Positions 1-10,686 of a stretch of 64,000 nt of DNA are shown here, piece by piece; positions within the stretch are counted from its first letter, which is position 1, and each line of letters opens with the position of its first letter. The notes under the pieces are model-generated. The model was given only the letters and a program-made list of their open reading frames with translations. It was not told the DNA's origin and did not search any database. The stretch comes from Phallusia mammillata (Eukaryota). The stretch lies in NCBI GenBank assembly GCA_965637545.1, contig OZ281496.1:28272001-28336000 (forward strand). The letters are read 5' to 3'. Position numbers and translations under genes: made by a program.

Positions 1-136
1 TACTGAGGTTGGTCAGAAACGCACAAAGGGCTTCATTGTGACAGGGAACCCTTGGAGTCTTAAAAGGCAGCCAATGCGTCACTAAGCCATTACGATCTTG
101 ATAGCAGTCTTGCGTGGACATTAAGCACCTAATAGT

Positions 137-2554
137 TTATCTTTCAAATGACTCAGGTTTTATTGGCTCCTGTTACAGAAAAACACCACCGCTCATAGTC
201 CTCATACCAACTCAACTCAAACAACAGCGTTAAACTTAACATTAGAAAAATCCTGCTTGTAACTGAGATTAGAAAAATATCCTGTAAGTAACAAAATCAG
301 TCAACAAATTTACATGGAATATATATGTATAGATTTCGCCTAAAAATCAAGTAGTACTAAAACATAGGCAAATTTGCAGACAAATTATTCTGTTTTACAG
401 GCAACATTTTAAGCTCTGAATGAACACACAATGTACAACATACCGTCATTCTGTCTGTCTAAAATTTAATGAAAAACCTAAAACCTCACAAACACCACAA
501 ACCTTGTATAATCAGTGTTTAGGAACCCTATCAACATACCGTTCCACTCCACTTGCTATGTAATTTAAACACTCCCTCCCTTCAGCTACCTTGCGCCATA
601 GCCAAATTCCATCACGTTGAAATTAGGCAACTTACCCTTTTAGCACGCAAAGCAGCAATTTCACACTCCCCAGTTTTAGGCGCTTTTTCAGTCTTAGGAC
701 TTTTTGGTACAAAAATTGTCTCACATAAATAAAAATGAAAATATAAAGTATTATTGCATGTTTCTCAATACAGTCTCAAAACAACGACTTTTGCCTAAAG
801 TATAACGTTCAGTTCCGGGCAATGTTATAACATTCCTCTGGTACAGACAAAAAATGCGTTCCACAAATTCTCAACAACGGGTGGGGGACCACAAGTATGC
901 AGGAAGCGCGAACTTGGCAAATACCTTCAGAGACCGCAAAAGAATCTCACGACCCACTTCACCCTTCTTTCTCCAAAAGTTGCACAAACAATTCAGCGAG
1001 CGACTCTTAACCTTCGATACGGCAAAGCTAAAGGCCGACAAACTGCGCCAAGTAGCAAAACACCCTCATCCCTGTCTTGAAAAGCGAAAAAAAACTCTCG
1101 CGTACTTCACTCTCCCGTTTGCAGTCGTTGGTGGCTGAACTGAGAACCCGTTGCTATTAAATTACTTGTAAGCAGCCAAGCGAAAAGGGCTACCCGCAGT
1201 GTCTTAACATAAACCCCTTGCGCTGCTTTTGATGAGCTAACCTAAGACAAAGCCATTCCATTCTCACCAACTGGTTTCGTGCAAAACAGGCGGTGGTATA
1301 ACTGACAAAAGGCACGGGGCAAACTTAGAAACCGCCTATGGTGATTTGTGCCAGCGGAAGCGGATGGATATTTGACATGACAGTTTTATTGGGTCCTTAA
1401 AAGGTCGACGCCGCTTGCTATTACAGGGAGTATAACAGTAGCGCATCCTTTAGCAGCATATCACGCTCCTAAACGTAGCGGGTAATTTCTATGCAACAGC
1501 AAACGGAATTGACATTCCATTTTTAGTAAAAATACCCACAGCGGATGCAATGCTACAGACGCTGTGACGTCATAATGGCATACCCCCGACGTGTCACGTT
1601 TTTGCTTAATGACAGGGATGACCGACTAATGAGTCAACGTACTTCTAAAGCTATCGTAACATTGCTCATCGCCATACAAGGGTGTTGTAGTGACAGACAG
1701 CAGTGACACTGTTTGTCAAGATAAACATGACGTTGCTAATGATCTTTGGCGCCATCGCCTGGTAACAACTAATCCCTAATTCTAAACTAACCAAACTTCA
1801 ACTACCCAACAAAGCTAACCATACTTAATGCCTATATGCTGTATAAGCAAACCTATCTTATGATTTTGTCCTGTTACTTACAAATCAAATATATATAGTG
1901 CACATTTTCAATTACTGATCCAAGTATTTAGCTATCTTTACTATCTCACTGCTGTGGTATTAAATTACACTGGATAATTACAGCTTGGGCGATTTTGTAA
2001 ACTGTGGCCACGGCTATTAACAACGTCCAAATCTTGCAATAAAGAGTTGAGCCTGTAAATGCCAACTTAGCCTTGGGCAAAATAAGCTAAGTGAATGAAA
2101 GTTATGTGCGCTGTAGTTTTGACCATGTTTGTACAGGAACCGATAGCCTGATGTTGTATCAAGTTTTATCCGATATCTAGGCCACTGGTGTCAATAACAA
2201 TAGGTTTATCAACATGACTGGACCACTGTTTATGGTAACAATATATCAGCATGTAAAATCAAATACTTTTATCAAAACAAAATCACTATATAGTTGTTAA
2301 ACACTACAAAACAACAAATATTTAGTAATCAAGTTATCATACCTCAAAAATAGATGTAGTTAATGTTTTTCAGTTTACTAAATTTAAGTCTCATTTAAAT
2401 GTGGCAATTACTATAAACATTTAAAAGTAATAAAGAAAAACAACATACCTGAAACTTTACTTGTTGCTGGGACAAAGTTCGACATTGTTTCTTGAATGAA
2501 TCTCTCAGCTTGATCCAACTCTTCCAATTCTTGATCCAGCCATGATGTGTCCAT
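137..2554 (-). CDS. Unidentified small spliced gene (incomplete model); candidate exons 2449-2554, 636-719, 137-169
   Basis: Exon MDTSWLDQELEELDQAERFIQETMSNFVPATSKVS ends at donor G|GTATGT. Exon 636-719 (TIFVPKSPKTEKAPKTGECEIAALRAKR, donor GTAAG) joins in phase to 137-169 (EPIKPESFER*). The phase between the first two exons does not close without an exon I could not find. No family recognised. Confidence 0.3.
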
Positions 2555-4846
2555 GTTTATTAGGTAAACTTCCAAATGTAGAAAGCAACAATGATCAAGG
2601 TAATAACTCACAATGTTAAAATTATATTATCACAATGGTAATGTCTGTAAGAAAAAGCCCATTATTAAATTAAAAAAATCACAGTCAAGGTTAATGAATA
2701 TCTACCAAACAAAAAACAATACTGTAACTATTAGCAGATTTACAATCATAGATTTTTCTAATACCTGCAACCTTTTGTATCACTTTAAAAAAAATATAAG
2801 GTCTGTTTTCTGCAACACGTACACACCAATTTCAAATACATCAAACTTTCATCAACTAACTAATATTAGCGGCACTCTCGGCACATGCACGTATCCGACA
2901 AAATGAAAACAAGCCAAGATCTGCGTACGACTTCCTGAATGGCGAAGCAGCTATCAAGCACGAGGATGTGACGCATCATCGCAATATGAAAAAGCATTTC
3001 CTCAACTTTCAATGAATAAAGTTTTGATCAATGTGAGTTTTGCACACGACAGCTTATGAATGGCGACTACATTAAGCACTGACGTGTGACATGTGTCTGG
3101 ACCGTCATTAGCCAATTTGTCTGGTCACAATATTTGAATAATTAATATTGTGACATGTGGTAAAGTGTTGATTAGCACAGATGCCCTGATAGCTGTTTTA
3201 ATTTTATTGGCATAATTGTAATTGCCCAAATCAATTATTTATTTCACAGATTGATCTACAATAAAAACCAACAACAGAATGTGTAGTATACCGATTTTGT
3301 TTTTATACAACTTTCACTTTAACATAGTACAGTTTTCATTTTTGACTGAGTTAGGTTAAGTAATGTAAACATCTTTACAGTATATTTGGTGATTAGCAAA
3401 ACATTGTTGTTACTTTTGCAGTACACAAAGTATACATTATGATAGGAACAATAGAAAAGTTGAAAACATTACATAACAATAACTCTAACTTGTGCATGTA
3501 TATTGGGGATATTTTCGTGACTAACAGCTTTACGCTCCAATAAATCTACTGTCATGTAACTGCAAGTTAAAAACAAACAATAAAATTTACAAACGATGCA
3601 TTCTTTGCATCTTTGTCGTCACAAAAACTACTGTTACTGCACAATCGTATCCATAGATACTAACCCGTTACTAAGCAACCGCACCACCGTATATTTCTAA
3701 CAGACAACACGTTTGATCAGTTGCGCACACACAAATAGTAAACGTCTTTTTGAAACACAACTTAAATTGTATGATAGTTATTTAACCGTACGAAAGTCAC
3801 CTACACTTCCGCTGACATCCGAGTACATGGTTTCGCAACGAAGCGGAGACGGCGATATATAAGAGAAATACTCGAGAGAAAGCAGGTGGTTTGCGCATTG
3901 GGCATGACGAATTCATTTCGACATGAACGTTTTTGATAAACAATCAAGAATTTAAGGGCATCTTTTTACTTTTGACCCATCTGTATGATTTGCTATGGAA
4001 ATATTTCAATAGCAAAACATACAGGCGGGAAAAAAAGTAGAGAGATGACAAAATGAAAACGCGAAGGAACAAAAATACATTACATAAGTCAATTTTTGTG
4101 CAATTTATGAGGTGGACTAAAATTTAAAATATTATAGCTTAAAAAAACTTTTGTACCTTCAAATAACAATATGTTAGTTGCAGCCCAAGTTTTGTGAAAA
4201 AAATATTCTACGCTTCAATGAATACAACAAAACTCCATGCCTGAAAAATACCCACAATGCCTTTTGGAAATTGCGGCTGTGAAACATGTAAGTTTTATTG
4301 ATAACTAACGCAAAAACGATAAAATACACACAATAGCAAGCCTAAGATCACCCTGTTTCGTGTTTTTATGTAAACGTATACACCCTGTAATAATTTCGAA
4401 CGGATCTATTTAATTTGTCCGAAAATAAGTTAAGGTTTAGTTTGATTAATTTTTCAATTTAGAATTACGCATGAAAGTCTGTTTTTTGTTGTTTATGAAA
4501 TTATATTGAAGCTAAAAAACAAACAGTGTAATGAAAATGGGTACTGTTAACAAATCGCACTGCAATTTGTACTTTAATTCACAGTGGATCATAGCAAAAT
4601 TGAAATTTATATCCATAATTTATACTTTTGTTTGGGATCAATGGTGCTTACTCAGTATTGATTTAGTAATGTAGCAAACTTGCCCGTTGACTACATATGG
4701 TCCAAAGTTATTTCATGTAAACCAACACTAGAAAAAATACTTGACCCTAATCAAGCAATCCTTTCTCAAAGAATCTGGTGTTTCAAAGTTGTTGTTTTTC
4801 ATTTTAATAACTGAATTAACATCATCTTTGTATTTGTAGCAGAATC

Positions 4847-6764
4847 ATGGCTGTCATACATGATATGGTGGTGGGGATGAACAAAGGCCATAAGGTCACT
4901 AAAAATCCACAGAAAGAACGCCAAAGCAGAAAGCGTGGGGTAAATTACTTAGATTTTGTTCAGTGAATAAAATACAGCAATTAAAGTTTCACAAACATTA
5001 GAATTGTGTCCAACTTTGTAGTGATGGGGCGGGTACTCGGTATCGAACGATTTCAGTGGTATCGATACTCTAACTCGGTATCGAAATATTTTGCCTCGGT
5101 TTTCGATACCAATGTGCGAGTACCAAAGGCAGATTTACACCATAAGAATACGGGCAACTTTATGCCAATATTTGCTTCGAACAGCACAAAATTGGAAAAA
5201 AGTTCTGCCAGTTTATGTATATCTTTTTCGCTATCATGTGGAGATTACATTTTTCGGCATGTGTGTGTGCATGCCTGTACCATGGCAGATAAATTAGCCA
5301 GTGATATACAACTAAGTACAACACTACACCTAAATACTCTGCATCGAAGGTATATACATGTGGTACTCGTACTCGGTACTCACTTCAAAACCTGGTATCG
5401 TCCCATCACTACAACTTTATTTGTTTAGTGAAATAACACAATACAACTAATGTTTGTGTTTGCAGCGCCTCACCAAAAAGAACAAGTTTGTTCGTGATTT
5501 GGTCCGTGAGGTGTGTGGTTTTGCTCCTTATGAAAGAAGATGCATGGAATTGTTGAGGATCGGCAAAGACAAGCGTGCCCTTAGGTTCTGCAAAAAGAGG
5601 GTGTGTATTTAGTTGTAACTGTTAGTTTTTTTTTTTGAATTTTTAAATTTGTACATATACATGTTGTAGAAACTGGTATTATACAACAATATCTAAACAT
5701 GTACAATGTGTGTTTAGTATGTTTGTACCAAATATTTAGATGTGTAATTGATTGTAGGGTCAGTCTTTTATTGGTAGGTGTTATTATATACCTATTAATA
5801 AAGTGTACCTAATCATAATAAGCATGTGTATGAAATGATTTGATTTAAAATACTTATCAAACTTGGTTATAGGGATCAGGTGTTTTTGTTGTTGTGTACA
5901 TCAGTTTATGAAAGTCAGGGAGTTGAACCGGTTGTTATATGGGTTCAGGGTCACTATTGATTGTTTTTAGGGGTTCAGTTCAGGTTTTTAAAACAATTTT
6001 CGGATTTGGGTTTTGTTCCAGTTCAGGCAAAATATCTGGTCTGGTTTGTTTACCCCTTTTAAATCAGTTTAATTCCATTTTGTTTAATTTTAATTCTGCT
6101 CTTTAACTACAGGGCCTTGTCAAACTTGAAAAGAAATTTGGCTGTGCACTTTATGAAACATTATGATTCATCACTTTTGAAACACCCCGTAGCTGTTATC
6201 TCATGTGGGCAACTCTTCAGTACATTGTTTAAGACCAATAAATTTTGTTGTGGTGATTACAAAAAGTACTTGCATTTTTACCGGTTCGGTTCAATGTCAA
6301 ACCAAATATAGGGTTCAACTCCGGTTTGGGTTTTGAGAAATCATAATTTACGGCTCTGGTTCAGTTTAGGTTTGATCAGTGATCAAACAGGTTTGCAGGT
6401 TCGGATTCAGTTCCAGTTTGACTCCCTGTTAAACATAGATTTGAAAAACCTGTTTTAGAATAGCCATCCATTCCATAATGACCATCTCTACCCATCACGA
6501 CTGAGTAGAGCTGTCTGACCACCACATGCCTATATTACCTACTTTGTTATGAAAGAAATGCGATTGTGACCCTTCATGTAAATTTTAGTACTAACCAGAC
6601 GCCCACACCCCTTTTGCTGTGACAATATAAACTTCGCTTGTCAGAAAAATTAATAAGTGTTATTTCTAATGCAGCTGGGATCCCACACCCGTGCCAAGAG
6701 AAAGCGTGAAGAGATCCAAGCCGCTATTCAAGCACAGAGGAAAGCCCAGACACAACAAAAATAA
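4847..6764 (+). CDS. RPL36: 60S ribosomal protein L36 (eL36), 105 aa; coding exons 4847-4939, 5466-5600, 6675-6764
   Basis: Spliced translation [20 protein letters not shown]...[30 protein letters not shown]...[13 protein letters not shown] matches eL36. GT-AG introns are phase 0; AATAAA at 6791. Confidence 0.97.
5019..5411. mobile_element. hAT-type MITE in an RPL36 intron
   Basis: TIR TAGTGATGGG/CCCATCACTA; 8-bp TSD CAACTTTG/CAACTTTA (7/8); subterminal GGTATCG and GTACTCG repeats. Confidence 0.85.
5916..6428. mobile_element. MITE with CAGGGAGT TIRs in an RPL36 intron
   Basis: CAGGGAGTTGAAC ... GTTTGACTCCCTG inverted ends and many subterminal GGTTC(A/G)G motifs; no clear TSD. Confidence 0.65.
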
Positions 6765-7020
6765 GCTGCTGTGTTGTTTTCTTTTGCGTGAATAAAACAC
6801 AAACAGTCCAAATCATTTGGCTGCTAACATTTATTTAAAAATGACATAGAAAAATATACATACATATGAATCAGAAAGGTTGACAACAGTGTGAACCATA
6901 AGAAAAAGAATGTAAAAAGCAACACTACATGTATACAACATTAGAACCATATGAGATTTCTGCACTTTGGGCTGTAATGCATGTGATTTCATTCATCTAG
7001 TTTGACAGGCCTTTGCACTA

Positions 7021-8085
7021 TCAATCAAACTGCAGCACTTCAGGGCCATTTGCTTCACCAGCATCACCTGTTTGTTCTATGTTGTCAGATTGAAACTGCT
7101 GGTTTTGCTTGAAAGCTGAATATAGACTAAAAAGCACATGCAAGGACTGAATTCGACTTTTGTACACTGGTATATCCAGAACACCACATATCATGTCAAC
7201 ATAAGACTGCAGGTTGCAATCAAGATTTGCTGTAGGAAGCTGTAACCTGCTTAGCATTTCTTCTATTTCTGGTGGCCATTCTTCCATCAAGCGATCGACA
7301 TCAGGCATGCTTTTCGTGTAATGAACATTGGGTGGTGGTTTCGATCGATGAAGATCATTAATGCTATCCACCCATGCATCAATTGCCTTGGGGTTCCTAT
7401 CAGCATCTTTGACGCTTCTCACTTGCATTGCACGAATACCAGAGGTCTTGGAGATATTTCTCAACTGTAAATCAAGCACAGTTGGATCTGATTGCTTTGC
7501 ACACGGCTCATCCAACACAGTGAGGCCTAGTGTCGTTGGTTGTCCATCAGGCCTTGGCACTTTAAGGAATGCATCAATATCCCCAACTGCTGGAATGTAG
7601 TCAGGGTTAAACGGCTTCAATTTGTGTTCCAGCTCTATTGTTTGAGGTGTATACCGAGTAATATATTGAAACAGTTCCTTGATCTCTTGGCTCACTGTCA
7701 AATGTTCATAGTCAGCAGGATCATAGGCACCTTCCGGGGCATCCCCATCTTCATCCTCATCTGATGAGGACTCACTGTCATCGGTATCTCCATCAGTAAA
7801 AGTTCCAGGTTGGTTCAACTGTTTTTGTTCATTATTTGGAAGTTTTCTGGGAGCTTGAGGTTGATCAAACTCACTCAAGCTTGTATCTTCTGATCCAACA
7901 TTGGGAGGTGCTTCCATGAGTGGTTCTGGGCGAGAAGCGATTTGAAGACTTTCAACAGCAGCTCCAGTAGGTGTCTTTCTTGGAGTAGGACTGTACAAGC
8001 TTGCTATTTCTTCAGGGTCATTTACATCCAAGCTTTCATCATAATGTTGATTTACAACCAATTTCGCATTTTCTGTCCCAGCCAT
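7021..8085 (-). CDS. IFT46: Intraflagellar transport protein 46 (IFT-B), 354 aa, intronless CDS
   Basis: N-terminal NQHYDESLDV, acidic tract, then YDPADYEHL..EIKELFQYITRYTPQ..LKPF.PDYIPAVGDIDAFLKVPRPDG and LDEP..KQSDPTVLDLQLR, characteristic of IFT46. Confidence 0.95.
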   Translation of the reverse strand: MAGTENAKLVVNQHYDESLDVNDPEEIASLYSPTPRKTPTGAAVESLQIASRPEPLMEAPPNVGSEDTSLSEFDQPQAPRKLPNNEQKQLNQPGTFTDGDTDDSESSSDEDEDGDAPEGAYDPADYEHLTVSQEIKELFQYITRYTPQTIELEHKLKPFNPDYIPAVGDIDAFLKVPRPDGQPTTLGLTVLDEPCAKQSDPTVLDLQLRNISKTSGIRAMQVRSVKDADRNPKAIDAWVDSINDLHRSKPPPNVHYTKSMPDVDRLMEEWPPEIEEMLSRLQLPTANLDCNLQSYVDMICGVLDIPVYKSRIQSLHVLFSLYSAFKQNQQFQSDNIEQTGDAGEANGPEVLQFD

Positions 8086-8644
8086 GAAATCAATCTACAC
8101 TTCTACAGCATTTAAACTAAGCTTATCACCAACAATGTAACTAACTAAAATACAAGTGTTTATTAGTTGTTCGGCGTGTGTAAATACAAACACATTTTTC
8201 TGGAATCCATACAACAAATCGGATTTAATAAAACACCTTATGACCGCAAATTGGCTTTGGACCAGCAAAGTTGACAACTATACATTACTTTAGAGCAAGT
8301 ACTGACCCCAAACACAACAGTAACTAAACCTGTTTATGACACATTCTTCTTTTTTATAAGGTGTGATTTACTTAACGACAAAATAGAGTTAGAAGTACAA
8401 AACAAAACAGCAGTAAGTTACGAAGTTTTAAAACTTATTAAGAAAACTGCAATTCGTCGCTTTGGAATTTATATAATCCGGAGCATTCAAGTCACCACAT
8501 AAATCTTTTGACAGAAAGGATTATTTTAGAGTTTTGTGTAGTAAATAAGTTTAAACACACAATTTTGAAACAGCCTTATTGTTTCAAGTTTTCGAATTTT
8601 TTATGTTAGTGCCACAAAACTGAAGCGAAGTTTAAAACAGTTAA

Positions 8645-8658
8645 GTTTCTATGACAAC
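8645..8658. promoter_or_regulatory. Candidate RFX X-box between divergent IFT46 and UFSP1
   Basis: GTTTCTATGACAAC fits the 14-bp X-box consensus RTHNYY-WT-RRNRAC, about 560 bp upstream of the IFT46 ATG. Confidence 0.55.
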
Positions 8659-9032
8659 ATTTGTTTTTTTCTTGAGAAGGGGAATAACCACATCCTGGAA
8701 GCTATAGAGTTCAGAAACGATACGTTGATCCCATTGTTTGTAAAAAGAAACAGTTGCTCGAAACATCCGTTTATTTGTGTTTACTTTGTACAAACATTAT
8801 AATCAACCTGTAGCCTAACCTTCACTTGTCATTCTTAAGCAGTAAAACCTATCCAGGTCTGGTGCTGCAGCTTATTATTTAAGTCATCACCATTAAAATT
8901 AATCTTTTACATTGTGTGTAATGCTTTGTTTGTAAACGACCAATAATTCTATATATCCAGTTGCAGTTAATAAAACAACAACTTATTAACTAAATTTGTA
9001 GTCCATAAGTTGTTTAATCTGACCACATCAGC

Positions 9033-9695
9033 ATGGCTAAAGATCCTGCTTATCTACTTGAAAATGTTCATGAAAAAATTGCACCTCCAAATGAGACAGC
9101 CTCCCTAAACCTTGCACAAGGGAAATATGCCTACTACCATTATTGCTGTGATTCAGTTGATGATAGAGGTTGGGGCTGTGGCTACAGAACTTTACAAACT
9201 TTATGCAGCTGGGCATATTACAGCACACCATCAAAGCAAACACCTGTGCCATCCATTCTGGACATACAAACAGCTTTGGTTGACATGCAAGATAAACCAA
9301 AGACATTTATCAATTCCAGGGACTGGATTGGTTCTCTAGAAGTGTGCTATTGTTTGGATTATTTTTATGACATCCCTTGCAAAGTCTATCACTTAACATC
9401 AACAGACAGTTTGAGTACTGTTGTTGATATGTTAAAGGACCATTTTACAAAATTTGGAAGTCCTGTGATGATGGGTGGTGATCAAGATGCTGCCTCAAAG
9501 TGTGTTCTTGGCATTGCACATGAAAAAGAGACTTCAGATGCCCAGCTTCTAATATTAGACCCACATTGTGCAAAAACTCAACCAAAAATTGAAACCATTA
9601 TCGATGAAAATTGGCTGTCATGGCGGCATATAAACAGTTTTGATAAAACATCTTTTTACAATTTCTGTTTACCACAAGCAATTGGAAAACTGTAA
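9033..9695 (+). CDS. UFSP1: Ufm1-specific protease 1-like (peptidase C78), 220 aa, intronless
   Basis: YYHY...DDRGWGCGYRTLQT (catalytic Cys), WIGSLE, PVMMGG and LILDPH (Asp-His). Short form without the UFSP2 N-terminal domain. Confidence 0.93.
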   Translation: MAKDPAYLLENVHEKIAPPNETASLNLAQGKYAYYHYCCDSVDDRGWGCGYRTLQTLCSWAYYSTPSKQTPVPSILDIQTALVDMQDKPKTFINSRDWIGSLEVCYCLDYFYDIPCKVYHLTSTDSLSTVVDMLKDHFTKFGSPVMMGGDQDAASKCVLGIAHEKETSDAQLLILDPHCAKTQPKIETIIDENWLSWRHINSFDKTSFYNFCLPQAIGKL

Positions 9696-9801
9696 AAGTT
9701 TATTTATATACATAACAAATAAAAGAGATTCAAAAACTGATAAATGTTTTGAAATGAAAAAAAGCATGTATTACATCAGCAGATGATATTGACATATGTG
9801 G

Positions 9802-10470
9802 TCATGTTACATTGTATTTTTCTGTCAGCAAATTTAATTTCTCAACATGTTTAGTGTCATCTTGTTCAAAATGAGTTTTCAGTGTTACAAAAATCTCGAC
9901 GAGCTGCTTCTGTTCTTTGGTTGACAGAAAATCAAGCAGTAGCCAAAATCGTTTGGCTTTACCCATAACATCAAGCACAGTTAAAATTTGAGAAGCATTG
10001 CTGTTTATATCACAAGACCCAATACACAGTAGAATTTCTCCCATAGGGTATTCAACAGCAAAACACTTGTTAAGTGTTTCTGCACTGATGCTAAAAAGAT
10101 ATGAGCTTTTGTCATGTTGAGTTTGGCATTGTTGTTTCCAGGTACGTTGAAAATCCTGACTGGTTTTTGGTTGTTTAATGTCTTCCAGTTTATCAGAGTT
10201 TGAATGGCCTACTTCAGATTGGCCTGTTTTATTTGTGGACAAAGCATTCCATTTTTGGTATGACATTCCACCCAGTTTATCTTCCCTATCAAGTGGTTTT
10301 AAATGCGACGCTTCCACAATATCACGAAATTCTTCATAACTTTGAACTTTTTGGTGAATAGCTCGAAACTTTGCATCATTTTCACGCTGGTATTTTTCGT
10401 CTTTAGCTACAGCAGTTGCCAGCTCTTTTTCCAGGCTTTTAAAGTCCAATGCATCGTCAAAATCTGTCAT
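9802..10470 (-). CDS. CCDC103: Dynein arm assembly factor CCDC103 (DNAAF19), intronless; likely start at 10470 (MTDFDD)
   Basis: LDFKSLEKELATAVAKDEKYQRENDAKFRAIHQKVQSYEEFRDIVEASHLKPL matches the CCDC103 N-terminal domain; RPAP3-like C-terminus (RFWLLLDFLSTKE). Confidence 0.93.
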   Translation of the reverse strand: MTDFDDALDFKSLEKELATAVAKDEKYQRENDAKFRAIHQKVQSYEEFRDIVEASHLKPLDREDKLGGMSYQKWNALSTNKTGQSEVGHSNSDKLEDIKQPKTSQDFQRTWKQQCQTQHDKSSYLFSISAETLNKCFAVEYPMGEILLCIGSCDINSNASQILTVLDVMGKAKRFWLLLDFLSTKEQKQLVEIFVTLKTHFEQDDTKHVEKLNLLTEKYNVT

Positions 10471-10686
10471 TTCTTTGTCCTTTTCAGCTATAAAATAACT
10501 AAGCGTACTTGACAACAGATTTCGATTGGAATAAGCAAGATTTCTATCCAAACCGTTAAAAAAATCCCCTTCATGTTTTGACTAATCAAGCGGAACCGTG
10601 AGCGGTAAACATAAAAATAAACAATCAAAGATCGAAAGAGTTGATTGTTCTTCGTTGCTACGATTTAGTGGAAAATATTTCAGAAT
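10471..10686. promoter_or_regulatory. Probable bidirectional promoter for CCDC103 and HAUS7
   Basis: Only 216 bp between divergent ATGs; forkhead-like GTAAACA (10605) and ATAAACAA (10617) plus a GTTGCTA RFX half-site. Confidence 0.5.

Noticed and set aside
854-1138. 94-aa plus-strand ORF
   Set aside because: No recognisable motif or linked exons; probably chance or repeat-derived.
1760-1830. CTAA(C/T)-rich run suggesting a telomeric or Helentron-type repeat
   Set aside because: Too short and degenerate; no termini identified.
6430-6670. Intronic snoRNA candidates in RPL36 (CTGA motifs, ACA near 6633, short hairpin CTCTAC/GTAGAG)
   Set aside because: No canonical C box and no convincing two-hairpin H/ACA fold by eye; snoscan or snoReport would be needed.
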